This document shows positions 26,569 to 41,520 of a stretch of DNA of 64,000 nt, piece by piece. Where the stretch lies: assembly GCA_964016885.1 (NCBI GenBank), contig OZ024747.1:48732001-48796000 (forward strand), written 5' to 3'. The translations under genes and the position numbers were made by a program. Under the pieces are notes generated by a model. It saw only the letters and a list, made by a program, of their open reading frames with translations, did no database searches and was not told the DNA's origin. This DNA comes from Eledone cirrhosa. Lineage: Eukaryota. Within the stretch, counting starts at the first letter, position 1. Every line of letters begins with the position of its first letter.

Positions 26569-26823
26569 AGTCTTAAAAAGACTATTTCGCGAAACTTTCA
26601 GTGGGGATGGTCACGGTTGTAATCGTTCATCAGCACAGCTCAAACGCGATAACCCTAATATCCACTGTAGAATATGCCAAAAAGGGAATTTAAAGACAGG
26701 CTAGTTCACCTCGTACGTAATTATGAAAAATAAACGCACATGGAGAGACATGGCTGGTGACGTCAGAATGTGACGAATGTCTGTTTACATGAAACATCAG
26801 TCAAAAATCATTCCGAAAAAAAA

Positions 26824-26870
<47 letters not shown>

Positions 26871-27674
26871 GACGTATCCACAGTAAGTTGTGGGGTCTAT
26901 TCTGCATGAAAAACTCGATGTAATCTATATGTTGAAAATGTTGTAGGTTAAGATAAATCTCGGAAAACAATAAAACATTAAAAGGAAAACAGAGTCATGA
27001 TAAAAGTTAAAACAATGAAATAAAAAATCAAGTCATTAGAGATATACTTCACTGCTTTACGATCGTTTCTAGATGATGATAATACATTGTAGCTATACTC
27101 AGTTATTGATCTATGTAAGGTTAGTTACAAACTATCAGATAAGGAGAATATTTACTTACATGCATATCACCAGCTGTTTTCAAAAGCAATAATAATTTTA
27201 TTCAATAATAATTTTATTCAGAATTTAAGTATGTTAGTATCATGTCCTTATTTGGAGGTAGTTGAAGAACTAACGAATCAAATTGCTTTTTTCATATGGT
27301 GTTAAGATGAAAAGTAATATACTTTAGTTGAGGTCATAACCCTTTGAAAGGAATGGTTGAAGGGTGTTAATAGTAAAATTGGCATAAAAATCTATTAGGA
27401 GGAAAGGGATTGTCAAACTGATAGTTTAATGTATCTGGTATAGTGAATTTAAAAGGAATGTCAAAATAAATGGTGATTAGTGTTGTATTGAGTTTTACGG
27501 TGAATATAAATTAAGGTTATGGCTAGGAAAGATAGTATATTAAAAGATTAAAATTATAATAAGATAATGAAATACAGTAATGCGATAATATACAACTTAA
27601 CCAACACATTTACTGTGTGGTAAATTGCATTTAGTATAGTATAGCATATGATACGCTCTAAAATACTATCAAGT

Positions 27675-27718
<44 letters not shown>

Positions 27719-27900
27719 AACCAGTAAGACCCCGACGGCTGAGCTCAAGCCGTTTCGACGGCTAATTCTGAATTAGCCGTCGAAACGGCTTGAGCTCAGC
27801 GGTCGGGGTCTTACTGGTTCCTATTACCCACTCTACTACCCTAAGTACTGAGTACTTTGGTGCGTTATGGTCCACCTGGTTCCTTACCACATTTCCTTCG

Positions 27901-27987
<87 letters not shown>

Positions 27988-28121
27988 TCCAGAATTAGCC
28001 GTCGAAACGGCTTGAGCTCAGCCGTCGGGGTCCTACTCGTTCCTATTACCCACTCTACTACCCTAAGTATTGAGTACTTTGGTGCGTTATGGTCCACCTG
28101 GTTCCTTACCACATTTCCTTC

Positions 28122-28169
<48 letters not shown>

Positions 28170-28734
28170 GTGTGTGTATATATATATGAATGTATGTTTA
28201 ATTAAAAACATTTAGAAGACCATTCGCTATGAGTTTTAAAGTAGTGACTATGTCACTTACTTATATTCGGCGAAAACGAAGGGAGAGTGATTGACAGTCT
28301 GTTTCTCGCTTGTGACAGTTTATCAAAACCACACACACCGCTGCCTTTGATGAAAATTATAGAAGCTGGATTCTTATAGAATTCCAGTAATAATCAGGAG
28401 CTATTAAATAGAGCGATTGCCGGTCCAGCAAAAATTAGGTATTAGGATTGGTGCTCTGAAATAGCATGAATGTATGTATAGTATATTTGGCAATATACTG
28501 TATGTTTAATTAAATATATAAGATGAGTATTGACGTACATATATATATATACATTGCATATATTATTGTTTTACTGCTTTGAATTTAATTTATGCCTGGT
28601 GAGGTATGTGTTTTGAGTGGGGTTCATTGAAGGACTGTGTTTGGAGTTTACATTTGTTTAGATTTGGTTATGTTCCAGTTAAGGAAATTAGGGTTAGAAA
28701 TATTATTTATCTTAAATATCTAGATATCATATGC

Positions 28735-28809
<75 letters not shown>

Positions 28810-28885
28810 TTCCGTCTTTTAAGGGTCTTCCCCTATTAGCTATTTTATAGCATCTATGTGCGTGATCACATCATCATTTTTATTA

Positions 28886-29010
<125 letters not shown>

Positions 29011-29104
29011 GTGTGTGTGTGTGTGAGTACATATTGTCGTCCAAAGCAGTGGATTCATTTCACTACCACTCCGAGTTTCTTGCATGTCACACACGCACTT
29101 AACA

Positions 29105-30050
29105 TTACTACATATATCAAGCCCCAGTACTACATATATCAAGCCCCAGTACTACAGATATCAAGCACCAGTACTACAGATATCAAGCACCAGTACTACA
29201 TATATCAAGCCCCAGTACTACAGATATCAAGCACCAGTACTACATATATCAAGCCCCAGTACTACATATATCAAGCCCCAGTACTACAGATATCAAGCCC
29301 CAGTACTACAGATATCAAGCACCAGTACTACAGATATCAAGCACCAGTACTACATATATCAAGCCCCAGTACTACAGATATCAAGCACCAGTACTACATA
29401 TATCAAGCCCCAGTACTACAGATATCAAGCACCAGTACTACTGATATCAAGCACCAGTACTACTGATATCAAGCCCCAGTACTACAGATATCAAGCCCCA
29501 GTACTACAGATATCAAGCACCAGTACTACTGATATCAAGCACCAGTACTACTGATATCAAGCACCAGTACTACAGATATCAAGCCCCAGTACTACAGATA
29601 TCAAGCCCCAGTACTACAGATATCAAGCCCCAGTACTACAGATATCAAGCCCCAGTACTACAGATATCAAGCACCAGTACTACATATATCAAGCCCCAGT
29701 ACTACAGATATCAAGCCCCAGTACTACAGATATCAAGCACCAGTACTACAGATATCAAGCCCCAGTACTACAGATATCAAGCACCAGTACTACAGATATC
29801 AAGCACCAGTACTACAGATATCAAGCACCAGTACTACATATATCAAGCCCCAGTACTACAGATATCAAGCACCAGTACTACATATATCAAGCACCAGTAC
29901 TACAGATATCAAGCACCAGTACTACTGATATCAAGCACCAGTACTACTGATATCAAGCCCCAGTACTACAGATATCAAGCCCCAGTACTACAGATATCAA
30001 GCACCAGTACTACAGATATCATGCCCCAGTACTACAGATATCATGCCCCT
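29105..30050. repeat. 22-bp minisatellite, about 43 copies
   Basis: Unit gatatcaagc(a/c)ccagtactac(a/t); period confirmed between 29161 and 29183. Confidence 0.95.
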
Positions 30051-30825
30051 AGCTCTAATTAGTTTTAGACTAAAAAGAAAAATATATTAGAAAAATCAAA
30101 ATATTATTATTTTTTTAAAAATATCTCAACAGATTTTGACTGTTTGATGTTAAATAACATGAATTACGAAGGTTGTTTTTTTTAAAGACGAAGTCAAAAA
30201 CAAGGAATGATTAAAACGTCAGTGCGATGAATGTGGTTGAATCACGTGATACATATTCTAATAAATGTCACGTGTACTTTTATTTCGTAAATTTCCTTTC
30301 AGCGGTTATTGATTATTCATTTCAAATTTATTTCTTGGATATTATGTTATTCAAGTCAGACCAAATTTCGATCCGGCTGGTGGAGGTGCGCGTGGTAGAT
30401 TGTCTAAAAATGTAGGTGTAGTGTTTACTAATAGTTTAATTATATAAATACACTTTTACGGGTTTCGGTCATTAAACCGGGGGATCACCATAAATTAGTC
30501 GATAATATCGACCACGGTAACTATTTTCTCATGCCTAAGGCACTGGACATAATCACATTACACAAAGTAAACACGGATACGAAGGCCGCAGTTGAATTAT
30601 TCAAACGAGACAAAGTTTTAGTCAATGTTTCTGGTGGTGATGGTCATTGCGGATTGTCAGTAAAAGTAGGCGTAGTATTTATCAATAAAGATTATGAGTG
30701 TGAGTACATACATATTATGTATTTTCAGTCAATAACTGGTAAGTGTCACAAACGAGTCGTGTAACGACATGTACGAACGAATCGGTAACATAGTAATGAA
30801 TCATTAATATATCTCTAATGTACAT

Positions 30826-30893
<68 letters not shown>

Positions 30894-30943
30894 TCACCAA
30901 TAGAATAAAAAAGATTTTTATACATATATATACTAATATATAA

Positions 30944-31017
<74 letters not shown>

Positions 31018-31204
31018 CGAAGGAAATGTGGTAAGGAACCAGGTGGACCATAACGCACCAAAGTACTCAATACTTAGGGTAGTAGAGTGGGTAATAGGAA
31101 CAAGTAAGACCCCGACGGCTGAGCTCAAGCCGTTTCGACGGCTAATTGAGTACAGAATTAGCCGCCGAAACGGCTTGAGCTCAGCCGTCGGGGTCTTACT
31201 TGTT

Positions 31205-31302
<98 letters not shown>

Positions 31303-31589
31303 AGTAGAAGTACGCGGTGTTGCCTGGCTACGAAGAATCTAACTGTTTCTGTTCACTTTTTTTCGTTTGTAAGGATATTCTAAGTGATTTTCTCAACTAT
31401 TATTTCTAGTGACTGACTATTATTTGAGTCATTTTCTGCTTATGGGACGCTCACATATACAAATTTCAAATTCTCTGAGTGGTCTTTAAATCATATATAT
31501 ATATATACATATATACATATGTGTTTGTGTATGTGTGTGCGCGTGTGTGCGTATGTATGTATGTGTGTTTGCATATATATATATATATA

Positions 31590-31780
31590 TAGTTTTAATA
31601 TAGATGAGATTCTACAGGACTAGAACTGTTTCATTCTTTAGAAATCATCATATGATTTCTAAAGAATGAAACAGTTCTAGTCCTGTAGAATCTCATCTAT
31701 ATTAAAACTTTTATACTCTGCTATGTATTGAGTACCTTACTTACTGTGGTTACCTCCGATTAAACCCGGAATAACGTATA
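31590..31780. mobile_element. Fold-back element (arms ~57 bp) whose turn lies at a hammerhead core, plus tail
   Basis: UGAUGA UUUC-UAAA-GAAU GAAAC-AGUUCUA-GUC at the inversion point; tail stem-loop 31716-31736. Confidence 0.75.
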
Positions 31781-31866
31781 TATATATATATCAATTTACT
31801 TTTCAATTTACATATATCTATATGTATATATATTTGCGTGTAGTTTCAAAATGCATACCAGATACG

Positions 31867-31903
31867 CTAGCAGAAAACCGCCCGCTGGGCGGGTTTTCTG
31901 CTA
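31867..31903 (-). mobile_element. GC hairpin followed by CTAG, possible Helitron-type 3' terminus remnant
   Basis: Minus strand CCGCCC-AGC-GGGCGG-TTTTCTG-CTAG; no 5' end identified. Confidence 0.35.
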
Positions 31904-32169
31904 CTATTTATAATAATAATAGCTTTAGCTTTATTATATAGAAACTACGTAATATGATAACTGCGGCTTCATAACGTCTGACTTCCCCATTAGGTGGCTG
32001 TTAAGGTCTGGTTGGGAGAATAGGTGCTCCACATATGATTTGACGAATTTCGAGGGTGAGTACAATTTGTTTGGCAGATGTCATGGGTAGAGTTTGATGT
32101 TCAGTTTAGAATGTCTGCTGTGGGTTAGATGACTGATAGGAGCAATAACTGTCTTATTTACGTACACAC

Positions 32170-32311
<142 letters not shown>

Positions 32312-32321
32312 GTATGTATGT

Positions 32322-32360
<39 letters not shown>

Positions 32361-33435
32361 ACACACACACAATGCATGTATATAATGTTTGGCCGTACAA
32401 AGGGGAGAAACAAAACTGAGTTATATAATATAAACGTTGACATTTTAGGAAAATGACTCGTTTTTCGATCCGTCTAGTCAGGCAGTAGTGATATATCACA
32501 GATCATAAATCTGTTATAAACATTACCAGCATCACCATTCTAGCTGTTGCATGCTTGCATGGGTTTGACGTGTCCTCTTCAAAACAGTGTCTCGTCAATT
32601 TGTTTTGTTCCATTGTCATCCCCATTGTGAAGTTCAACCACCTAAAATCAGACTTCATCATATTTGCCTACACCGCTGGCTTGCTCTTCGATGGTTTTCT
32701 TCATCTTAGACCTCCTGGCATTTCACCCAACTCTCATCATCCGTTCACATTATATATTCACACCGATATATTCCTTTCTCCAATACTTTATATTATCTTG
32801 TTACGTTCTTTTATGAAGTTCAACCTCCTAATAACTTTTCACCACCTCTGTCTACACCTTTCTTTGTCTTCCTTAAATTTAAAACTTCTGGCACTTTTGT
32901 TTTACCCATTTGTCATCATTAATACGCATTACATGTCCGCAGTATCTAATTTGTGTTTTATTGGGAAATTACAAAATGTTTGAAAGTAAATACGTAATTT
33001 GATTGGTTGTTGAGAATTGTAAAAGTAACTGTTTGTAACAAAGTAAGTAAATAAATGAAAGACGAGTAGAAACTTTTTTTAAAAATAAAGTGCTGTGATT
33101 TGTGATGTTTGACTGCAGAAGTAAAAAAGATAGAATTGAATACATCAACAGATAGAAAAACAAATGCAGCCTCCGCCTACACTCAAAACAAAACAAAAAA
33201 GAATACAAGAGAATAAGAGAATAAGAAAGATGAGAAAACATTGAATAACATTTTAAGAAGGCAGTGGAAGAGTGAAAGATAAAAATACGAAGAGTACCAT
33301 TATAGACGAAACAAAACAATTATTTCAAACAAATAAACATTAAAAACAACTAAATGAAATTTGTGATCGAACGATAAAGATGGAAAAGATGAGGGTCAAA
33401 AGAAGAGTGGGAAGAATCATGTTTTATTGTGTAGT

Positions 33436-33479
<44 letters not shown>

Positions 33480-33657
33480 GTGAGGTTTTCTTTACAAAAT
33501 GAAAAATAACCGAGGTGTCCTACACGAGTGAAAGTATAAAGAAAAAGAGATGAAATCGAAATTGCAACTGGAGTCTTATCACCCCACTCTCCAGAGCGTG
33601 AAATTAATAAACATTCGTTGTACTGCCTCTCTGTCTTGTTCCTGTTCACTTTTTTCC

Positions 33658-33738
<81 letters not shown>

Positions 33739-33949
33739 ACATATATATGGGAGTAATTCTAGTAACTAGAATTATTTATATCTATTTTTTCTCCTATTTT
33801 TCTTCTCTTCATACTCCCCATTATGTTTTCTCTCTCCCGTATGGCCACCATTTTGTAAACAGATCTTGCTCTAAACCACTTGAGATCAACCCACTACACA
33901 ATAAAACATGATTCTTCCCACTCTTCTTTTGACCCTCATCTTTTCCATC

Positions 33950-35794
33950 GACCTGAAGAATAGAATTCGTTCTATTAAGGATTCTAATGCCGTGCACGTC
34001 CATTCCGACAAAACTGGCTATCTATATCAAGTGGAGTGCAGTACTTACCACCAACTGCTACATGATGCTGTAACTAAGAGTTACCGTAAAACTAACCGGA
34101 GCGTCATTAATGAAATCAACGATGCTGGGTTTAAAATCACCCCTGATCTCAACATCCTGGACCGGACTGAACCTCTGGACCCTATTTCTCCCCACTTTAC
34201 CCTGAAGGATCACAAATCCAATTTTCCGAACAACCCCTCTATTCGCCTTATGAACCCTACGAAGTCCGATTTAGGTAGACTTAGTAAAAGGATTCTTGAT
34301 AGAATTATACCTGAAATTAGAAGTTTGGTCCCTCTTGCACTGTGGAACAATTCTTTCGCGGTGATTGATTGGTTCAACGGCATATGCAACAAGGAACATT
34401 GCCGTTTTATCTAATTCGACATCAATAATTACTACTCCACCATCACTTTACCACTTCTCCTTAGAGCTATCAATTTCGCTAAAACACTCACAGTGGTTAA
34501 GGATTTCGAAGTTGATGTCATCCTCAATACCCGTAAGTCAGTGATTAATTTCGACGACTCTATTTGGATTAAAAAATCTAATAGTACCCCATTCGACGTG
34601 AGTATGGGCGCCAGCGATTCTGCGGAGGTTACTGATCTTATCGGCCTTTTCCTTCTTTTATCTATCAAGGAAGAATTCCTCAACGTGGGCGGTAGTTTGT
34701 ACCGTGATGATGGTCTTTTGACCATGACTAAGTGCGGCCCACGTGCTTGCGACAGGTTCTGAAAAGAACTCACAGCCTTCTTTAAAGGCTTCAACCTCTC
34801 CATACAGGTTGAGGCCAACCTCTCGGTCGTTAATTACCTCGACGTTACCCTCAATTTATCGAATGGCTTGCTTTACCCGTATAGAAAGCCGAATAATACG
34901 CTTAATTACATAAGTAAGCATTCTAACCATCCTGCCAGCATAACCAAGAACCTAGTAAGAAACGTTTCTTTGAGGCTTTCCCGTCTATCTACTAACGAGC
35001 ATATTTTCAACGACCATTCCACATATTACAACGAAGCTCTTGCTCGGAGTGTATTTGTCGATAAGGTAGCATATACAGAGTACGAGATTAGACCTAGAAG
35101 AAATAGATCCCGACGCATTATATGGTATAACCCACCATATAATATGGAGGTGGCCACACCATTAGCTAAGATCTTTCTATCCCTTATTATGAAGCATTTT
35201 CCCCCTACACATAAATATAGTAAAATTCTTAATAGAAATACTATTAAAATTTCTTACTCTACGACTCCTAACCTTGCACATAACATCACAGCTTCAAATA
35301 TAGCTAAACTACCTAGCCGCAGGAACACGTGCAACCCTGTAGTTAGTACTAACTGTAATTGTAGGAATCGGGTTGACTGCCCCCTATCCGGGAAATGCCT
35401 CTCTAGTAACATTGTTTACAAATGTAAGGTTGAAGCACCCACGTCCCGTAGGGCCTACATAGGGTTAACCGCCAATAGATTCAAGCAGCGTCTTTACATG
35501 CATACCCATTCTTTTCGTAACCCTTTAAGAAGGAATATGACGTCACTTTCAGCTTATATCTGGAGTCTAGAAGACAAACACACCCAATATAAGTTACACT
35601 GGGAGATCCTAGCTAAGGCTAGATCGTATAACGGAAATAAAAGACCATGTGACCTCTGCGCCGCTGAGGCCCTGGAAATACTCTACGCCAAAAACCACAT
35701 CTTAAACAAAAAATCTGAGGCAATTTCGGCTTGTAAACATAAATTTCACAAAACTTTCCCGTATTACAGCCCCACATTATACCCTAACGCATAG
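33950..35794 (+). pseudogene. Penelope-like element (Naiad-type) RT plus C-terminal GIY-YIG endonuclease, 5'-truncated, two in-frame stops
   Basis: ORFs 33908, 34493 and 34868 share one frame, broken only by TAA (34412) and TGA (34760). Motifs: SDKT, FDINNYY, DVSMGASDSAEV, LYRDDGL, NYLDVTLNL, SNHP, IIWYNPPY, CNCR..CPLSGKC, IVY..AYIGLT..FKQR, CDLC..E, LNKKSE..CKH. Confidence 0.92.
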
Positions 35795-36464
35795 TACGAA
35801 CTATACGTGGATATGTTACGTCTTGATGTGGTAGCTAAGTATATGTTATGTTTATACCATTACTTATTTGTATAAGTAAGTATATATTACCTGTATGTTT
35901 TGTGAAGGTACGTATACTTTCTCGTACGTATATTTGATTGTATATGTTATGGCCTATATATTATATATTCTGGTACATATGCTTTTGGTTATGTGTATAC
36001 GTGAGCTTTGCGTCTGTGTGAGTATGCGGGTTCGTACGTATGTAGGGTGTGTGTATATGTGTACTTTGTGTTTTGGTTGACGTAGTCTCGGAACATATGT
36101 GCATTTGCATGTAAGTATGTGTGTGCGCTTGTTATATGCGTATTTATTCATTTATATACGTTTATTTAATTATATGTATACACAAACACACACACACACA
36201 TATATATATATATATTTTAATATATATTTTTATGTGTATTTGGTGTATACATTCGTATGCGTGCGGTTCTGTATGTGCGTGCGGGGTTTTTTTTCTTTTT
36301 TTTTTGGTGTACGTGCGTGTATTTGTATACCTATGGCGAGTGTTTTCGCGTATGCTTGTGTATGTACGTATATGGATGCGTGTATGTATTTATTTAATTT
36401 CAATTACCTCTGTATTTTATTTACTTTATTCTTAACTCTGAAGCCGAGAATCATTCGGTTTCCT

Positions 36465-36990
<526 letters not shown>

Positions 36991-37039
36991 CCTACTCCAC
37001 AACTAGAAACCTAGCGCAAAATATAGAAGCCATCAACCG

Positions 37040-38020
37040 AAGTAGATTGAAAAACGTCCGCGACTTCTGGGGGACCAGCAACCGTGAGGAGGCGCGCCAT
37101 GCAAATGCCTCTTCCTCCGTTGGTACCATCTTGAACTGTGAATGACCGTGAAGGAATCATTCTACGCGATCCGGTGGTCCGGGCGGCAACACCCCTCCGA
37201 GTTATAACTGTAGAAACCCCAGTAACTGCTCCCTGGAAGGCAAGTGCCTTATTAGCAGTGGCTTAGTCTATGAATGTAGGGTGAGTGCCAATAATCAAAC
37301 CTTCACCTATATCGGAGCCACGGCTAATACATTTAAGGAACGTTAGTACAATCACTGCCATACCTTTAGGAGAGTCGATAAGAAAAACAGCACTGCCCTC
37401 TCATAACTGGTGTGGCGTCTCAAACATGATAACTTGGAATACACCTTGTCGAGATCCAAGGTAACCCCAACCCTACAGCGGGCGTGGCCATGACTCATGC
37501 GATTTGTGTGTCGCCGAGATTATGGAAATAATCGAGATGGGAGCTCAAGTTATCAATAAAAGGAGTAACCTCTTCAGCTCCTGCCACCACAGATCATCTG
37601 GAAACTTCCTCAAACTGTACGGACTAACAACAAAGTTGTACTAGTTGAGGAGTATTGCAAGTTTGACCGTGGGAGCCGAGTATGGCCACACAACAACCCC
37701 AGCGTCAGGCGAACTCTGGATAACTTGTTTGCTAAGAGAACATTAGTCTACGACCTCTTTTATACCATAAACGTGGTTTTGTCTTTGCGCGTAATTGTTT
37801 TTCACCGCTCCTATTAATGACGTATTATTCGTTTTTTCCCGTTCTTTGCCAGCGAACGTTACCACGAACCAAAGTATCGTCTTCCTGTCTTCCTCCGGTT
37901 GCAACGTTTTTTGAAATATCCACTTCTGCGTTTACAGATTGACTTTGTTAGTTTCAGAAGATCCCGTTAAGGGTGAAAGCAGCGATTCTTTGCTTAAACT
38001 TTAATCTGTTATTTTAATAA
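37040..38020 (+). mobile_element. Degraded Naiad-type GIY-YIG 3' fragment plus pLTR
   Basis: CSLEGKCL, YIGATANTFKER, STALS, CDLCVAE, INKRS..SCHH; 3' pLTR shared with the upstream element. Confidence 0.8.
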
Positions 38021-38151
38021 ATATATATATATATATATATATATAGGAACGAGTAGGACCCTACTCGTTCCTATTACCCACTCTACTACCCTAAGTATTG
38101 AGTACTTTGGTGCGTTATGGTCCACCTGGTTCCTTACCACATTTCCTTCGT

Positions 38152-38229
<78 letters not shown>

Positions 38230-39348
38230 ATAAAAGTAACGAAGATCGCTGGTATAAATTCAGCGTCCTCCAGCCAGTGTCTAGCTCACTCAATGAATCT
38301 AGCGAATTGCAGTAATGCAGCTGCAATCGAGTGTTCAGAGCGCACACATTTAGTTAACAGTTGATATGCTGGCTGTGTTTAGGTAGATACACAAATAAAT
38401 ATCTCATTTCCTGGACGACGTCGTTTCTGTGTAATATAAGTTCAGTTATAATATTGCCAGAAATAATAATAAAACACACTCACTGTGTTTGGTTTGGATT
38501 GGATTTCGCTTCTGTATCTTTTATATCTCCATAGTTAATTTATCTGGCAATCAATGTTTATCATTGATTGACCAACGGTTAAAAAAACAACAACATATAT
38601 ATATATATATATCTGTTAATGTATTAAATATTATACTCTTGATTTGGCCAGAGATGAATATTTCCAGATACTTTTTAGGTGAGACTTTCTGTATTTATTC
38701 TTTGTATGAAATATTGACTGTTTTTCCGGTATCTTGTCTCTGTTTTTAGCTTAAGAAAATACCTATATGTGTGTATAAATAATACATGCATATATTTTTT
38801 TTATTTTTATATCCAATTGAGTTCTTCACGCATGGTTAAAATTATTGAAAGAATTAATTGACCCACGTGCATATTATTTTATTCTTTTATGCTTTGCGAT
38901 TACCTCCCCTTCCCGCTTGGTGACGGTGTGAGATTTCTCATTGTGAGACTGCTGGAATTTTAAATTTGGCGGTCACTCTAGCACGGATGGGTACCATCGC
39001 TGAACATTAATATCGGTAAGGTTTTTTTTTATATCGATATTGTCGGGCATCCACTGATGATTTATAAGTGCCCACCTGCATATATTCCTATGGACTATGT
39101 GTAGGCTTCTACATAACCTTGACATTATTTTTCCAATTTGTAGAAAACTTATAATGAAACGATCTTTTGGAAAGAGGGATGTATTTATTTATGTCTCATA
39201 TAAAATAATACAACTGGCTATCCGCAAAACACGTATAGTTAGCACCCCAAACGTATAATTGAGATTATACTAAGGTATATCCTAATGTTTGTTGAGTGAG
39301 ACGGAAGCCGGTCGGAGTATTGCTTAAAGCTTTCTCTGTTAATGTATT

Positions 39349-39442
<94 letters not shown>

Positions 39443-39480
39443 CACACATATATATATACTGTATATATATATATATATAT

Positions 39481-39556
<76 letters not shown>

Positions 39557-39609
39557 GGAAAAGGGATATTCAATTTGTTGGTAATTCAACAAATATAAAT
39601 GTTTATAAC

Positions 39610-39905
39610 TGATTCAGAGCACTCGACAAGTTTTCTGATATTAAATGATATTAAATAAATGGAAACTATATTTATAAAACCATATCTATTCTATTATATA
39701 TATTTCAAGGATACCAAAACTTTGGTACTCTTTCATCAGATAAAATACAAAGTTTGTTTTATAAATTTTGACATAACCAAGAAAAGATACCTTAACGGTT
39801 CAAGTTTTCCTTGGAAAACTTAAACCGTTAAGGTATCTTTTCTTGGTTATGTCAAATAGAATAAATATGGTTTTATAAATATAGTTTCCATTTATTTAAT
39901 ATCAA
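39610..39905. mobile_element. Fold-back element in (TA)n; family also at 21700-21868
   Basis: Inner arms 39768-39810/39813-39855 and outer arms ~39648-39695/39857-39905. Confidence 0.7.
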
Positions 39906-40172
39906 TTTATATATATATATATATATAAATGAAGTAATTCTGTCGGAAAAGTCAAGGAAAAAAGATTGCTCTATGTAGGTAACAGAGCTTAATAGTTATG
40001 TAATAAACAACATAAGGCAATTATTTCATTTACCAGTGGTTTCTTAAAAGCAAAATAATATTGCTTTCAATCATCAGAACGAAAAAATCCTGGTGTATTT
40101 ATTGACGTTGGATTTTAAAAACAAAAAAATTTTTGTTTTTAAAATCCAACGTCAATAAATACACCAGGATTT

Positions 40173-40233
40173 TTTCGTTCTGATGATTGAAAGCAAGATT
40201 TTTTTGCTTTTAAGAAACCACTAGTAAATGAAA
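40173..40233 (+). ncRNA. Hammerhead ribozyme in fold-back element 39930-40265; mirror copy on the minus strand at 40024-40084
   Basis: UUUCGUU CUGAUGA UUGAAAGCAA-loop-UUGCUUUUAA GAAA CCACUAGUA AAUGAAA; the minus copy has stem III CC-ACU-GG; GUA triplet. Confidence 0.85.
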
Positions 40234-40258
40234 TAATTGCCTTATGTTGTTTATTACA

Positions 40259-40339
<81 letters not shown>

Positions 40340-40704
40340 CGTTTCTGAATTTGTTTAGCAAGATTCTTTATCTGAAATCGTGTGTTGAAACCGATATTGT
40401 TATACTTTGGGAGGGTCATGTTGCCAATAAGAAACACACGCACCAGTTGCTTTCACTTCAATTTAATTTAATATATATTTATAAATTTCTGGTTGGTTGG
40501 TTGGTTCCACAACCAGATAGTTGTTTATATATATATATAGTCATAGTTCTTTCGTCACACACTCTGTGACCTCTTCAGTGACTGGGGATTTCTTTCTTCG
40601 TTTCTGTGCCTTTCCTTTCTTCTATCCTACGCCATTTTGTTTGACAAACAAAATGGCGTAGGATAGAAGAAAGGAAAGGCACAGAAACGAAGAAAGAAAT
40701 CCCC

Positions 40705-40749
40705 AGTCACTGAAGAGGTCACAGAGTGTGTGACGAAAGAACTATGACT
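40705..40749 (+). ncRNA. Hammerhead ribozyme in the ~250-bp-arm fold-back 40393-40890; mirror copy at 40539-40583 (-)
   Basis: AGUCA CUGAAGA G GUCACA-GAGUG-UGUGAC GAAA GAAC UA UGACU; 5-bp stem I, CUA triplet. Confidence 0.8.
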
Positions 40750-40884
40750 ATATATATATAAACAACTATCTGGTTGTGGAACCAACCAACCAACTAGAAA
40801 TTTATAAATATATATTAAATTAAATTGAAGTGAAAGCAACTGGTGCGTGTGTTTCTTATTGGCAACATGACCCTCCCAAAGTAT

Positions 40885-40919
<35 letters not shown>

Positions 40920-40927
<8 letters not shown>

Positions 40928-41140
40928 TAACAGATTAAAGTTTAAGCAAAGAATCGCCGCTTTCACCCTTAACGGGATCTTCTGAAATTCAGAAGATCCC
41001 GTTCAGGGTGAAAGCAGCGATTCTTTTCTTAAACTTTAATCTGTTATTTTAATAAATATTTGCTCTACGGTTCTTATATATTTGATATATATTTATCCTT
41101 ATCGAGCCCTCTTTGGATTTTAGTCTTCAAATTTATTATT
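40920..41140. mobile_element. Fold-back made from the Naiad pLTR end (arms ~65 bp) plus a tail
   Basis: Same sequence as 36817-36882 on both strands; turn immediately 5' of CAGAAGA; tail 41055-41140. Confidence 0.85.
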
Positions 41141-41142
41141 AT

Positions 41143-41195
<53 letters not shown>

Positions 41196-41232
41196 TGCGA
41201 GGTTTTTGATATAAAATCGTGTGTCGAAACAG

Positions 41233-41441
41233 ATATTGTTATACTTGGGGAGGGTCATATTTGTGTAATATTGCCAGAATTAATAACAGAACACACTCAC
41301 TGTTTGGTTGGTTTTCGCTTTTCGCTTCTGTGTCTTTTATATCGGTTAATTTAATTTATTCGGTCCTCAATGTCCCAAACAGTGAGTGTGTTCTGTTATT
41401 AATTCTGGCAATATTACACAAATATGACCCTCCCCAAGTAT

Positions 41442-41449
<8 letters not shown>
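41233..41449. mobile_element. Fold-back element in (TA)n (arms ~75 bp), related to the ends of 40393-40890 and to 38435-38530
   Basis: 41233-41307 and 41374-41449 are reverse complements. Confidence 0.8.

Positions 41450-41520
<71 letters not shown>

Noticed and set aside
31868-31903. Rho-independent terminator-like GC hairpin with T tract
   Set aside because: The context is eukaryotic; it is better explained as a Helitron-type end remnant.
34760-34762. In-frame TGA in the Naiad ORF as possible selenocysteine (some Naiads encode selenoproteins)
   Set aside because: The context DRF*KEL fits CGA(Arg) to TGA CpG decay, a TAA also interrupts the frame at 34412 (likely FIQFD), and I could not identify a SECIS. 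A family consensus would settle it.
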